Shown here piece by piece: positions 38,131 through 52,656 of a DNA stretch of 64,000 nucleotides; position 1 is the first letter of the stretch, and the number at the start of each line of letters is the position of its first letter. The position numbers were made by a program, and so were the translations under genes. This stretch comes from Tubiluchus corallicola (Eukaryota > Animalia > Priapulida), in contig JAQGDQ010000424.1 of the NCBI GenBank assembly GCA_030141605.1, positions 1 through 64,000 of the forward strand, in the 5' to 3' direction. The notes beneath the pieces were generated by a model. The model was given only the letters and a program-made list of their open reading frames with translations, searched no databases and was not told where the DNA came from.

Positions 38131-38238
38131 CTGTTTCACAGTTTATTCCAGTAAAACCTTGTGCACAATGGCAGTTATATATACTCAAATGTTCTACACA
38201 ACTTCCACCATTTTGACAAGGATTTGGCAGGCACAACA
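38131..38238 (-). CDS. PKD1/REJ-like gene exon 3 (EGF-like), phase 1-1
   Basis: tcttgcag|TG TTG TGC...GAA ACA G|gtacag; LCLPNPCQNGGSCVEHLSIYNCHCAQGFTGINCET. Confidence 0.92.
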
Positions 38239-39918
38239 CTGCAAGAAAATGAAACACATTATGAACAAAAGAACAAAAACCAACACCTGCCACTAGGGGT
38301 GAGCACCAAATATTTGACTTTCATTCGAACTGATTTTTTTAAATTCAATTGCGACACGAATCCAAAATTATGGACTTGAATAATTCATCTCTTCAACTGC
38401 ATACTTTCTTAATCATTAGAACGTTCGAAACGTTTTTAGGGAACTCACCTTCGGATGCCCTGAGGCCAGAATTTCGCTATATTTTGCCAGAATCTAAGCA
38501 GATTCTCACCATGACATTTTACGAGAATTCAAAGAATCAAAGTTTAAAATATGTCTAGTTGAAGTACGATGAATCATAATAATTGAAACAGCAAAGACTG
38601 AATTTCAATTTAAAGTGATTTATTATACGAACTAATCACTATCAGTACTAACAATTTTTTTCAGAATGAGATCTGACATTTTCTGACTCAGTGTAAGTTT
38701 CCCCTGTAGATAAACTAGTTTTCCTGCAGGCTCTGATAATGCCATGTTTAAGAAGTGCCTTATGAAAAACACGAAAAATTTACTGGTAACTTGAAGTATT
38801 ACACTGTTTGCCTTCAGTACGCTCTCTAGTTGGCTTGGCCACGAGCAAAGAAGCCTGTGATTTTTAAGTGCAACTCTGGAAAGCGCCTAAGACACTTGGG
38901 AAGTAACTAAGTAAACTCACAAGTGCAACATGGCAGCGTATGTGCTAGTGTAAGGAAAACGGCGAAAATGTCGGATTAATGCCAGTATTTCTTAATTTTT
39001 TTAATAGCCAGATATGTCGTGAAGCTCGCGATTTCTTGATGTTATTTTTATTAATTATTAGTTTTTAATTATTATCAATAGTCATGTTATTACATTGTCT
39101 TGTTAAAATATTAAATTGAAATCCCATACAAGAAATTTCAGCATTAAAATAAGTTTATTTCTCTGCATACAGTCTAAACTTTCATCCTTGAACTAGTATA
39201 CATAACATTTATCTTCATTTAATTGCTGGCTTCCTTTTACTTCACGGAAAACTTTACCTGGGCTGTTGGTTTTTACAGGTCACATTGTAAGAATGTGACT
39301 TGACACAGAGAGAGAGAGAGAGAGGGAGAGAGAGGTATGGTATCACTACTGATTCAGAAAATAAAATTTATGAGATATAAAACGAAACTCACCTGTATTC
39401 CACTTTATTTATCAGCATCTTAGCAATTACCTTTAGAAGCTTCTTAATAAGGTAAAACCTGTGCGCATCTCGCTGGATTTGCGGTAATGGGCATTGGCGC
39501 GAATGCTTACGTGAATGAAAGTGAGTTGAAATTTTGGACCTGCTTAGCATGATTACAATCCATGCCGTTTGCATTACCACAACATTGATTTCATATTTTT
39601 GCAACATGCAACAAGCTTATTTTAAGTGGATGGTCGAACAGTTGGTGACATATTGCAAAATATATTGCTTCAGTTTTTTTCAAACTTATCAGTCAGCATG
39701 CCGACTTGCTGCTGTCCTCTTCCACTTAAAATTCTCCTTTCAATTCTCCATGATAATTTTCGATACCCTTCACTCTTCAAGTCATGGGCTAAATTCATCT
39801 GCATTGGTTTTCAATTCCATAAATTTTACTCATCACTAAGATGATGAAAATTCGGCTACAGAATAGAAGTGGCTGCCATTCAGGTAGAGGCATTGGCAGA
39901 AAGAAACTAGGTACTTAC

Positions 39919-40206
39919 CCAATGTCACGTAAATACTCTTATATTCCTGGCCACCACACTTTTCGTTATCATCTACACCGCAAGCCTCATTGCAGTCTTT
40001 CTCTGGTGTTAGAGAAGGATTACCATAAGTCGCTCCGCAGCCACACAAAACCCCGGGACGGAGACCATAGAATTTCCACTCCTTCTTCAGACAGCTGCTG
40101 GCACACAGGTGTGGGCTGCTCACAGACTCCCAACTGTTACCAAGCAACCCGTCAGTGTCTATATCTTGTTTGATAAAAGAATAGCAACCCAGATACCTAT
40201 ACTCAA
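39919..40206 (-). CDS. PKD1/REJ-like gene exon 2 (WSC domain 1), phase 1-1
   Basis: cttttcag|TT GAG TAT AGG TAT CTG GGT TGC...ACA TTG G|gtaagt; YLGCY...CASSC...FYGL...LCGCG...C...C...KCGG...SIY. Confidence 0.92.
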
Positions 40207-40630
40207 CTGAAAAGAGACTAAAATTAATACCTTATCCACATTTACAAATGGGTATTTAATAAGTTTTAAGAGTCGCCTTTGATGTTAACGGTTGTTGCTT
40301 CATTAATTGGAGACATTTATCAATAGGGAACCAATAATTTAGATGAGCCTGCTAAATGTATATTACTGACTGTTTATGATTGTTAACCAATGACAAAGAA
40401 ACATGGCCATCTCTGCACTTGTTTTCTGTTGTTCTGCCAGCTAGAAATTGATGTATTAACATAATAAACAGCTGAAGCATTGTTGCAAACATAATTATTT
40501 TATCTACATCTATGATTCTGAGTAAAAGAACCTTGAATTAAAAACCTTTGTAAATTTTCGCCAATTTTCACTATGTCATTAAATCATAAATTACAAGTAT
40601 GTAATATAGTTGTTATTTCTAAATACTTAA

Positions 40631-41180
40631 AGGAAGACCGGAGGATTGTTTAGACTCTATCTCATTTTAATTTACTGTCAAAAATATACGTTTCTTTGCC
40701 TATAAAACTTAACAATTATTCCTTATATTTGAATAATTAGCTTAGAAAGTTAATTAACGGCAACCAAACACAGCTATTGCTTACGTCAGAAACTAACCAC
40801 AGTGTGTGCAATGGCAGGCATCTTCTCTTGCACGTCAAGCACATTTGCATAGGTGTTAGAGTACTGCTTAGATGCATGATGTCACAAAAAATGCACTTTA
40901 CATCATATGATGTCTGACACTAACACTGCAGTTCATGATCATGGTTATCACGGTACCTCCTTCTATTTGTCGGCCACGCACACGTGACAAAAAGGCGCCT
41001 CTGCCAATCTTAGTAGGTTCACTGAGCCGCGCGTAGCTTTGAAAGTTTAACAAAATTTGAGTATCTGAGGTAATTATTATTAAATCTAAACTTTGATTTA
41101 AAAAAAGCTATTGTAGTTTTAAATATTTTGGGGCATTCTTTATTCTGAATCACATGGTTAACACAATCATCGGTTTTCCT
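40631..41180. mobile_element. Kolobok-like non-autonomous element; inverse homolog at 46449-46938
   Basis: ttaa-aggaagaccgg...cggttttcct-tgaa; ~430 bp matches the reverse complement of 46500-46935. Confidence 0.65.
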
Positions 41181-42602
41181 TGAAATTCATGCAGGTCTTC
41201 ATGCGTAAACTTGTGCAACCTGATTTGTGCTACCACTGATATCTTTAGTATAATAAACTTCTATCAATGTCACACTAAATTTTACAAATACAAAATTTTA
41301 CAATAATTTACAAGTATAAAATTTTACAATAAACGTATCTTAAACAATACCCGGCAAATAGATGATCTCTGCATTGTATATATGTAAATATTGTATACGT
41401 GTGTATAATTTTAAATTTTAAATTTATAAAGAATTATAATAATAATAATAAAATAAATGTACCAAAAAATGCTGTACTTTATTTGTACGAAAAATATTGC
41501 TACTTTATACAAAAAAACATGTTGTACTTTATACATGTTTTTACTTTGTGTCCAAGTACCTGATGAGGACTTGTGTTTTTCTGTTCAAAGCCTAGCTCAA
41601 AAAAATTAACTTATCACAAAACCATGCATTTCGACTGACAAACCTCACGAAAATTATAATTGAAGGAAGACAGGATGATTTTTCATATACTACCCCATTT
41701 TCACTTTTCCACCAATAATACTGCAAAAGTATTTTTGATAATTAAACAACTGATTAAGATCTTAATTAATGGCAGGGCGAGCCCAACTATTGATGACATC
41801 ACAAACTAAGATAATTTTCAACAGCAAAAATATTCCATGAGCGCATTGCGCGTGTTTACGAAAGCGAAAATTAAAGTACAGTGCTACTGTAAGAGTTTCA
41901 GTGTGTTGTAAAAATTCAAATTTCAAATTTATTGGTGTGCTCACACATGCGCTGTTGAATGTGTGCAGTTCATCACAAACGAATGCATCTGAACTGAGAG
42001 GTACAGCACCAGGTTTTTGTGCAATGCATTTCCGAAGTGCAGGCACTAGTGCCCGTTTAACTAGCAAATGGCGAAATGCATGTAGCAGCGAAAAATTAAT
42101 GGCGCGAATGTGAAATTGTGTTTGTGTAGTAATAATTCTTTCACGTAAGTCACTTTTAAAAAAATTGTATGTTTCCTTTCAATTTTTAAAGAATAAATTG
42201 TTTTGACCTACAATTTAACATTGGGCCCAGTTTTGCTTTAAATGAACAGTCTGGCAAGTCAATAAGGAAATCATTAAATATGCCTATCACTGTCTCTTAT
42301 TATTTCTACATAAAGATAGCGCCTATTTAATGTTTGTTTTGATAAAATTATATATGTGTATGCTCTCACTTGTAAATTCGGTTTAATGTGTTTGTCATCT
42401 GATCTGTTGCTTAAGTTATAATTTGTTTTCCTAGGTAGCTTTTAACTAATGAATAATGATACTGCCATCACCAGAATTCTTTGGAAAATAAACGCCATGC
42501 TATTTATTATCTTTATATCATACATGACATGCAAATATACATGCTAAAATTAAAATGAAGACATGTCTAAATATCTATTTATCTATATCTACAAATATTT
42601 AC

Positions 42603-42684
42603 CTGATTGTTGTGCATTTGCAAAAATCAGTGAAACCAAGATGTATGTGCTCCATAACATAAATGATTTAATGGCAGATTTCAT
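42603..42684 (-). CDS. PKD1/REJ-like gene first coding exon (signal peptide)
   Basis: tttcag|agtATG AAA TCT...CAA TCA G|gtaaat; MKSAIKSFMLWSTYILVSLIFANAQQS has a basic N-region, hydrophobic core and A-N-A cleavage motif; phase 1 matches the next exon. Confidence 0.82.
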
Positions 42685-43694
42685 ACTCTGAAACAAAATC
42701 TGAAAGTTTGGTGTAATGGATAGAAAGAGCAGAATATATTTTGAAATCGTTAACATTTGTTAAGTCCGAATCACTGTACTCTGTTACAATATGTTACTCT
42801 GTGCACAGTATATTGCGGCAAGCGCAAACTATTAAAATAATTTTTGCCGTTTACTTTTTTAGAAAACAAATCCAACCACCTCACTAAAATGAACTTTTTA
42901 TTCTTATAAAATCAACGATTATAATTTTTCTCCGTCTATCAATATTTATTATCCACCTCAACGTACACAATTTACATTATAATTTGCTTATACGACTGTC
43001 AGTGTTATTAATCAATGAAAAATATATAAAAATATTACAAATTGATTATCTCCACATATCAAAAAATATTACAAATTGATTATCTCCACATCAAAGACTA
43101 TCGACAAAATGATCACGTAGATGCTTTAATCAAAAAAAGTAAAAGTTTATCACAACGGAAAGTGTATTCACAAACCTGACAAATCAATTAACGAATTATT
43201 AGTAAATTACACTAAGACTATAAATATAAATCATATCTCAAAATTACAATTATAATTACATTTACCGTGAATATACTATCTTTGCCGAGTAGTGTCAGAC
43301 AGATGATAATCGTGCTGGAATGCAGAATTCACAAGTTTACACTTAAGAGTTTCTTAATTACCTTAAATAACCAACCGAAGAGAACAAAGCAAAGCGTGAT
43401 CACAAAACAATTTCATGGCGCGGCCACTAATATTTACATAACGTTGTTACTAGCAACTGTCATCATCTACATCCGTGATAAAGGGCGGTAATAACGACCA
43501 CTCACAGTGTTCTCGTCCTTCGGCATGATGTCATACTCAGTTCGGAACTTCGGAAGATTTAAATGATGCCGAAGATGATGATCACAGATTACCGAACATA
43601 ATAATGGTGTTATTAATAAAGACAATTACACTTGTAGTCGTAATCATAGCTTACCAAGTTTAGATATCACTGAACATTTTTTTTGCTAAACAAC

Positions 43695-43716
43695 TCTCTC
43701 TCTGTCTGTCTCTCTG

Positions 43717-43747
<31 letters not shown>

Positions 43748-43840
43748 GTCTGTCTGTCTGTCTGTCTGTCTGTCGTCTGTCCGTCCATCCATCAATCCAT
43801 CCATCCATCCATCCATCCATCTATCTATCTATCTATCTAC
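43695..43840. repeat. Compound tetranucleotide microsatellite (TCTA/TCTG/TCCA)
   Basis: Directly visible. Confidence 0.95.
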
Positions 43841-45680
43841 CTTTTTCTCGTGCTCTCAATATCACATGCACATGCTCCTTTACATCGAAACTTTCTACTC
43901 CCATCATTTTTGTGTCTTTGGTCTGCAGTGTATTTGTTTTACTGTTACAATCATGCTAATAGTTACCCGCACCTATGGTGTTTTTGTGTATATTGTGCCT
44001 TACACAAATGTGCCAAAGTTTATTATAAGTCAACTACCACCGTTGAGTGTAGGCCTATTCAAACGTAATGATAATCATTAGTAGTTGCACATGTGGCTCT
44101 GAGTGACTGCTGTTGTGGTCAAAGACATGTATTTTATTCACACTTTACAAATACAAATCTTTTCACTATTCGCTGCTGAGCTTTCTGTTTACTTTTCTTT
44201 TATTACATCTTCAACTGCAACACTTCTTATAATTTATCTATTTTGGTTTCACTTATATCTTGCTCAGAGAATCTGCATTAACTTGCATATCCTTAGCATT
44301 TCAACGATAATTATTTTCTGGTGTATCATCTACAAAATGGCAAAATGAACATTTTAATAGATATAAAACACATTTTTTTTAAAAATTTATTTCAAGATCA
44401 ATAATTATAATTATCTTCAATCTTATATGCAGTGTTGGGTAGTAGCGCCACTGCAGCTGTAGAGCCGTACGTAGCGCCACTACCAGAATTAGTAGTGCTA
44501 GAGTACTGCCGCTACTACATTACACTTGCAGGTCATTTATACATTGTCAACAAAATAGTAAATTATTTCCACAATTCAAACGGCAATTCATACTATTTTA
44601 TTCAAGTTTCAAACATGTTTATTTGCTTTAAAAAATTAATGTTTTTACTAAGCGACAACTATTCACAGTGTGTTTTCCAAGAGAAGCTTACGCATAACAA
44701 TGACAAGAGAGACACGTCATTGCTTCCGTGTGCCCGAGATCATTCTTAGTCAGCCGGCGAAAGCACAGAAACAACGCAGATTTAAAACAATGAAATAACA
44801 ACAATTAGAACCAGTTATAATTTGGTGCAATTTGCGTTTGCAGCCGCTAGTATTGTAAAAAAGTAATTGTAAAGGTAGCACAAACAACAGTTTATTTTAT
44901 TTACTATAATAGTCTCTGATTTAATCATGATAAAGGTAAAATTGAAGGAATGCGAATTACCAAAATTCTCCCTATAATAATGCCTGTTATAGAGCTCTTT
45001 AAATTCCTAGTCGCTGTACAACAAGTGAAACATGTATTTAATCTCAGTTGTAGGCTGTTTTTAAATTTGAGTACTGTGTTAATAAATTGCTGTACAATAC
45101 TGATTAAATTTTTAGATCGTGAAAACATTTTAAGTGTGTTATACATCCATTCTAATTAACATTTTCTTGTAAATAAACTTACTATGCTTTTTGTAAATTA
45201 ATTCTGTGTGTTTTTACTTATGCCTTATTATTTTTTGTTTTATTTTATGGACCATAAATGTCTGAAAAAACTCATTTATATAATAATTTCGTTTTTCTGT
45301 TATTCTTCTATTTTGGCTTATTAACTGAGTAAACTACATTGAAGCCAAATTCACAATTCACCACAATGTCCTTGATTTTGGCATACCAACATGCATAAAA
45401 TTTATTACCTATTTGTACTTCTAAAACTTGTTTGACAAACCTTTCATCGCTTGAATTCATGAATAATATATTCTACTAATAATTATATTCTATTCTACAT
45501 AATTATCATAAGCCATATAGATGGTTTCGTATATCGTGCCTCGATATGCAGCTAACTACGTAAGAGCCTATGGCGCCAAAGTTTGAGGGGCGTTAAATTT
45601 AAAAAAAACTTATTCTTCTCGGAAAATCTATATACTTTCATATACATGTAAAGGGCGCATTTTATAACACACCACATGTA

Positions 45681-46136
45681 CCGTATTTTCCCGTGTATAA
45701 GAGACCCTTTTTTTGCTCAGAATTTTCACTTTAAAAATAGGGGGTCTCTTATACATGGGAGTAAGTCTTTTCAACAAGATGCATAAATTGTGACACTAAT
45801 GATTTTAAAGAAATAAGTGCTCTACAACTGTTTTGCGTGTCGCGTTCGACTATGAAGCGGTTGTAAGCAATACAAGCATCGTGACACAGGCATTATCTCC
45901 TCGTTTTCTCTTTTCCTGTTACAGGTTTGCAGGTACGCACTTTAATATATACCAGTACTCTTTTTCTACAACACATTAACTGGTTTTATTTTGTTTTCAG
46001 TACCGCACTGAGTTGAAAAAAGTTGTACTCTACCCTCTAAAAATGTCCGTCTGAAAAAACTTTTTTCCAGAATTTTTGCCTAAAAATTGAAGGGGTCTCT
46101 TATACACAAGGGTCTCTTATACACGGGAAAATACGG
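45681..46136. mobile_element. Tc1/mariner-type MITE nested in an older repeat
   Basis: TA-ccgtattttcccgtgtataagagaccc...gggtctcttatacacgggaaaatacgg-TA, a perfect ~27-bp TIR. Confidence 0.9.
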
Positions 46137-47250
46137 TAGTTACTTTACGCTTGTTTTTTGGTCGAAAGGTCAAAAGTCACCTTTCAATATGATAAAACGT
46201 ATTGAAATAAAATGTTGCTCATGGTGGCTTCATGTAAGATCTGCGCCTTAAATTACTAGCATTTATATATAGGCTATATTTACATCTCTATTTCGGAAAA
46301 GTAATTTTGAATTCGCTAGTGTAATTATAACGTAATTATAACATAACTATAGGACATATTTTTCATTATTATGCCTTTTGTTCTTCATCTTTACACTTTT
46401 TCAAACAATATGTTGCCACTGCGCTGTAACAATGATTATCAGGGTTAAAGGAAAACCGGATGAGTATGTGAACACGAATTCAGAGAATAAAGAATGCTCT
46501 AAAATATTGAAAACTACAATAGCTTTTTTTAAAATCAAAGCTTACATTAAATGATAATTACCTCATATACTGAAATCTTGTTAAACTTTCAAAGCTACGC
46601 GCAATGAATCTACTAAGATTGGCAGCGGCGAATTTTTGTCACGTGCGCGTGGTTGACAAATGGAAGGCGGTACCGTGATAACCAGGATCATGAACTGCTG
46701 TGTTAGTTTCATGACGTCATATGACGTAGACCCCATTTTTCGTGACATCATGCGTTTAAACAGTAACACTTATGCAAATGCGCTTGACGCGCAAGGAAAG
46801 ATGCCTGCCATTGCACAAACTGTGGTTAGTTTCTGACGTATGCAATAGCTGTGTTCGGTTGCCGTTAATTAACTTTCAAAACTAATTATTCAAATATAAG
46901 GAACAATTGTTAACTTTTATAGGCAAGAAAATGTATATTCACAGACATTACTATTTGGGGGAACAATGACTTTGTGATTACCTTTTTATATTTTTCAAGT
47001 ATCATTCATGTTTTTATACATTAATAAACAAGATAATTATGCTAGTTAATTGTTTCGTGTAATGATAACAAACAACACTGATACCTAGCTGCAGGGGTCA
47101 ATTATATGATGGGCAGTGTCGGTTTTTGTTTAACTCTGTTTCTGACAACAAACAAAATAGCTAGTCGCAGATTTACATTAAAGGCAAAATACAAATACAT
47201 CATAAGTTTTGTAAGGTACATTTATTTAATTGATTTTGGCAAGACTATCT

Positions 47251-48615
47251 TCATTCTACCATAGAAATCACCGAGACGTTTATGGAGTCCAATGACGATT
47301 CTAGTGAACTGACACCAGAGGAACTGCTACGCTGCAAATGATATGTCTTCTTTTTCTTAAAGGTTTGCTGCAGCATTGTTGCTAATGTCTTTGATCGCAA
47401 TTTTCTAGGACTGCGACATAAAGTTGTTGATGACGTTTCCAAGTGTGTTCCACATGTATTTGACAATGTGTGGCTGTTGTCTCGCTCATGTGTAGTGGCA
47501 CAATTCTCACTTTTTTGCTTTACTTTGTCATTCGTATCAATTGAATAACAAGACGTTTGAATTCTCCAAGAACCTCTACTCCTACATTCATTGTCTGTAA
47601 TTATCGTCTTACAACATGTAGAACAACAACAGTTACAGAATATGCTCATTAAACTGCTTCTATAAGCCGAATTTGTGATGTTGTACAAATAGAAATTCAA
47701 CGAAAAATTGCAAATAAACATCAAATTGGACAGATGTCGAAAAATGCTATAACCAGGGTTGTTGAAGAAGAACGAATCCGGTTGGCAGTGGTCCATAATG
47801 ACAATTATTGACACGGGCAGAGTACAAATAACAAATATGGCTGAAACAACAACTAAAAGTTTGGTCAAGTGTTTTTCATCTCTGTGTTGTTTTCTCTGTG
47901 CGTTAAGAGTGCGTGTTGACAATCTACGCCGACGCTTTCCAGCAGCTATGTATTCGCGTATTATTAAAGGATTTAAGAGTAAGATGGATACAATGGGAAT
48001 AAGCGACTTGACCATCTCTAAAGCTATTGGCCACACCAAGCTATACCAAACGTTGTGATGTATTTCGCTGTTCCATGTTGCAGAGTAATACGTTTGGTTA
48101 GTTGTATTGTCAATCTTTTGCTCCACACGGTGTTGCCAATACGATGGGATGTGAAGGAGAAAGGACACAAAGTAAGCAGCCAACACTGCTGCTCTTGCTG
48201 CAGATTTTGTACGTAAATAAACTGCCTTTAGTGGGTGACAGATAGACAAATATCTGTCGATTGTTACTAGCATAATGAGCTGATTGCTGGCGCACGCAAA
48301 GGAGTTGGAAACGGGAAGGAATCCTTTGGCGTAATATGTTACCAACTGGACACTCCTGTCTGCTGTCTTCACGGCAAACTGCGTTGCAACAAACACGCAC
48401 CATGAAGCAAGCACAAATAAATCTGAAACAGCCAAACCTCTGAGGTAAATGTAAGATATGGCACTCAGTACGTCGTTTCCACACAGAACAACCAAATTGA
48501 GCATGTTTCCAATGCAGCCAATAATTATCACACATGGAAACAAGATTGTGTACACAGCAAATTTGAGATTATCTTCTACAGTGTCCCCAGTCTGCGTGTT
48601 AATAACACCATCCAT
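47251..48615 (-). CDS. Rhodopsin-class peptide GPCR (FMRFamide/sex-peptide receptor-like), intronless CDS, 454 aa
   Basis: Seven hydrophobic segments with GN..N, YLRGLAVSD, DRY..ICHP, F.IC.LP and NFSLNFYLY motifs. First ATG is at 48615; the ORF track starts at an upstream TTG. Confidence 0.93.
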   Translation of the reverse strand: MDGVINTQTGDTVEDNLKFAVYTILFPCVIIIGCIGNMLNLVVLCGNDVLSAISYIYLRGLAVSDLFVLASWCVFVATQFAVKTADRSVQLVTYYAKGFLPVSNSFACASNQLIMLVTIDRYLSICHPLKAVYLRTKSAARAAVLAAYFVSFLLHIPSYWQHRVEQKIDNTTNQTYYSATWNSEIHHNVWYSLVWPIALEMVKSLIPIVSILLLNPLIIREYIAAGKRRRRLSTRTLNAQRKQHRDEKHLTKLLVVVSAIFVICTLPVSIIVIMDHCQPDSFFFNNPGYSIFRHLSNLMFICNFSLNFYLYNITNSAYRSSLMSIFCNCCCSTCCKTIITDNECRSRGSWRIQTSCYSIDTNDKVKQKSENCATTHERDNSHTLSNTCGTHLETSSTTLCRSPRKLRSKTLATMLQQTFKKKKTYHLQRSSSSGVSSLESSLDSINVSVISMVE

Positions 48616-49504
48616 CAACTAATTCTGTCGTATTTAGCTGATCGTATGAAATGGGAAAACTCTGTAGGTTTTTGCCAAAATAAATCACACAACGCTAATA
48701 AAGTTCAATTTGCATAGAGAACTAGCTTCTTGTCTGCGCTTAGTAGTTAGCAGAAACGTTAATAATAAATCTCTTTCCATTCTAATGAAAAATAAGGTAA
48801 ACACGATTCTGCATTCCAAAAATTCTAGGTGTAACATTCCCCACAAAAATTTTCACTCTTCAAGACCTCACTCAGTACTGCTTCGTTGAACCATCAGTTC
48901 GTAGACTGAGTTTGATGACACTGTTCACCCTGTTTTTAATCAAACAAACAATCACAGCTTTTGTTGAAATTCGCGTAGTTTGGTTTGAAGGAGTTGTGTT
49001 ACAAACCAAATAATGGAAGTTTACTGAGGCTATGCAAACTTGATCATATTTGTTTTAACTTAATATTGTTTTTCATCTAAGATCTAGCGTTCAAAATGAA
49101 AACTATAAAGGTAGTTCAGAGTAATTGTAAAAGCTATGCTACGGGGCTTTAAGGCTGTGGCTACTTTGCAAATTGTATATTTTTATACTACAATCATTCA
49201 TAACATTATAATAATTGATATAATTATCTTCCTTAATTTAACTGGCCCAAGACTGCTGTAATGTGTTTGCAGTTTTGCATTCAATAGCATCGCTTTTGGT
49301 TTCTAAAGCCAATGATGCACCAAAGCGTCCAGCGTCGGGCATCTGGCTTTCAGTGTCCAACGCCTGCCTGCTGGCTTCCAGCGTCCAGCACCCGTCTGCT
49401 GGTTCCCAGCGTCCAGTGCTCACTGGATAAGTAAGTTAACAGTTAAGTATACGGTGTCCAATCTCTATCCTCTTCTGTGAAAAAGGATTGTCCGATAACG
49501 GTCG

Positions 49505-49625
49505 TTTAGGGCTGAGCTTAATGACGTCACGATTAATGACAGTTAACGGTTGTCGTGGGCGGAGCTTAGTGACATCACAATGATTGGCAGTTAACAGTTA
49601 CTGTCATGTAAGCTACCAATCAGTG
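49505..49625. promoter_or_regulatory. Cluster of CRE, GC-box and CCAAT motifs between the divergent GPCR and MADD genes
   Basis: TGACGTCA (~49523), GGGCGGAG (~49557), TGACATCA (~49570), ATTGG (~49584) and CCAAT (~49616) within ~110 bp; motif match only. Confidence 0.35.
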
Positions 49626-52600
49626 TTGTTGTTGTTAAATAAGATGTTCCAAAATTAGTTATTGACATTGACTTGAAAGTCAGCAGATGAAGCAAGTCAG
49701 CAGAAGACATAACTTAGAAATGATGTTAGATGTAAAAATAGGCTTTCTAAATATAGCTTAAGAAAAACATATATAAGCAGTGTCAGAACGCTGTCAGAAC
49801 AGTGTCATTAGATTCATTCACTTAGGGCATACTTACTTGTCGGTCGGAGTTATGACTTGAAACTTGTTACTTATTATTGAGAACTGAGTTGTGACTTGTG
49901 CTTTAAAGACGTGTATTTGCCCTCGTATTAAGTTTTCAGTTATTCATGTTCATGTACCCCAATAATCTACTATCACGCCTATATTTACGACTTTATCATT
50001 TATATTTGGCTACAAAAAGACTACAATAGTGATGCTACAAGACTTTGGATATTAATATCAACTACACGACAATTATGGATACCATACCATGGCATGCAGC
50101 ATACAGTATTATTATTGCTGATACTCTTTGACCTTAATACCGCGTATTGACTGTAGACCTCTTCTTAGTAAAGTTTATTATAGAAGCATAATTATTTGAA
50201 TGAAAACTTTAAATTTTTTAGACTTATACTAGAATCTTGTTACAACAGCTCTGAACTAATTGTTATTGACTGTATACACTGACTGAATTCAGGGCAATCT
50301 TGGAGCTGAAGAATATTGTGGAACTATTCAGAACGTGCTAAGGTTTTTTCGGACTATATTAGTCATTTTTTGGTCTATTGGTAAAGGCAATATTCATCCG
50401 GTATTTATAGGTACATACATCAAAAAGTCTGTGAAGATAAATAGAACTATGATTTTAGGGGTAACACCTGATTATTAAGCATTGAATTAACTTAGTTATC
50501 TTGTAATACTAGTTTTTATTCTCTGCTAACTCTTGCTGCTTGTTGGATAATGATAAATTAGAGGTTTTACAAAAGGTTTAGCATAAAATAGTCAACACTG
50601 TCGAGGTTTCGTGGAAGGATAATCAGTTTCTCAAATTTTGCAACTGTTGGTTAAATTGTGTAAAAAATTATCAGGGCCCAATGAAAAGTTAATTTTATTT
50701 TTTACTTCGAGCAGGTTATGTTATATGTGTGCTGTTTGTGGCTCTATCTGTGGGCGAAAGACTTTGCGGATTGTGTAACTATGATTGTATTCATTTTTGT
50801 CGGTGCGTCCTGTTTGCCGCCTACGCGGCTCACTTTTGCGCAGGCGTGAAAACCTCAACGATTGATGAGAAAAATATTGCGTGTATCCTGGAAGAAGCCA
50901 GATGTTGCCGTAGAGCAGGTATAATGCTACATATATAAGGTGCGATTAACAAGATAGGATGAGAAGAGAGAAGTCAAATATTTGGTGTAACTGGTATGTT
51001 TTTCTGTTGTTAAAATGTGTTTTTAATATTTTTGCTAGAACGTTTGTTGTTGAGACCGACAGTCTTCGATTTTTAAGGCATAAGACCTTATTTATTAAAT
51101 AAGGGTTTATTCTAGGGCCAAGGACCTATTTTAGTTGTTAAATGATCAGAGTATGGTCACTGAAATGCAGTATGATAGTCCTAGTATCAGTTAACGCAGA
51201 TCATTTGGTCCGATGGTATTGACTTTGATACTAGAGGGACACTAATTAGGTTTTTGCAAGAATACTGGTGCCCTGTACTGTAGTACAGTACCATTTAGGA
51301 TCGGTATGCCTTACATACGGTCTAATTATATGTCCACATATTTTGCATACATAAACGTTAATTCAGTCTGAGCTAGTAGTTAAAAATTCGGGGTGAAACC
51401 TAAAAATAACGAGAACGGTGATGCAGCCAATGTGTATGGGATGTATCCGTACTAATGTTCAGGTGGAGATGGCGGCCAATTTTTGAACTAAGTAAACAAT
51501 GTTGCTGGATTTGGACTCAGTAAACAATGGAAATAATTCAGTTAATGTTAACAATTATTTTTAGATTTAGATTTTAGATTAAGATTATTTTATTTTATTT
51601 CATAAAATATTTCATAAAAAATTCAAGCATCTCTTAATTTCTTTACATTGTATAAATATTTGAAACTATCAGTTAATATTGTTTTGGTGATCACATTTAG
51701 CCGAGAGAATGTATTTCCGTAAGTGTTGTTAGCAGGTAGCTATTAGATTTGAACTGAAAATCGTTTGTGTTTGAGGAAAGAAAAAATGTTTTATGATAAT
51801 AACAACCTGAATATTTAAGAGATAAGTCAGGAAGAGATAAATAGCTTACTGATGAAGTTATCAATTGGTAAATGGTGAGTATAAACACATTTGAAGTCAC
51901 TTTCTGTCAACTGCTGTGTGAATTCTGTTGCTGGCATTCTTAAAGCAAAACCAGAACCCAAACTTAAGCTGTAGTTCAAAATAATCTCTGTCAACTGCTG
52001 TGTGGATTCTATTGCTGGTATTCTTTAAGCAAACCAGAACCCAAACTTAAGCTGTAGTTCAAAATAATCTACTGTTTAAAACATTGAAGGAAACATACTA
52101 GTTTTTTCAAAAATCACTTAAGTGAAAGAATTATTACCACACAAACACAATTTCACGTTCGCACCACTAGTTGTTCGCTGTTACATGCATTTCGCCATTC
52201 GCTAGTTAGATGGACACTAGCGCCTACATTTTGGAAAAGTATTGCACAAAAACGCTTCCTGTACCTCTCAGTTCAGACGTGTTAGTTTGTGACGAACTGC
52301 ACACGTTTGACTGCTCATGCATGAGTACAGCGGTAAAATAGTTTGCAATGATAAACTTGCATTATCATGTTCAAATATCGTAATTAAAAATGACCAAGAA
52401 ATAACAAAAGATAGGTAAAAACGGAGAATCAAAATCCTTCTGGAGAAGTCACTCTTTTTAGTTTTGTAGATTCTTTTGACGATAGGATAAACAATCATTT
52501 TTTACGTAATTAGATTTCTCTTAAGTTGCATTTTGATACCTTTAGTTAAGTAAATAAAAAGTCAGGCATAATGTTTACTCTTAAGTTTATTGTTTTTGTA

Positions 52601-52656
52601 GGTGCTGTTGTGAAAATTTACAATTATGTGTAGTGTAACCTAAGGAGCCAGTTGCC

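Noticed and set aside
41555-41600. CTGATGA-ggac...gttc-aaag hammerhead-like motif
   Set aside because: Lacks an intact GAAA and a convincing stem I or cleavage triplet.
47759-48535. ORFs overlapping the GPCR (47759-48058 plus, 48110-48535 minus)
   Set aside because: Shadow frames of the real CDS.
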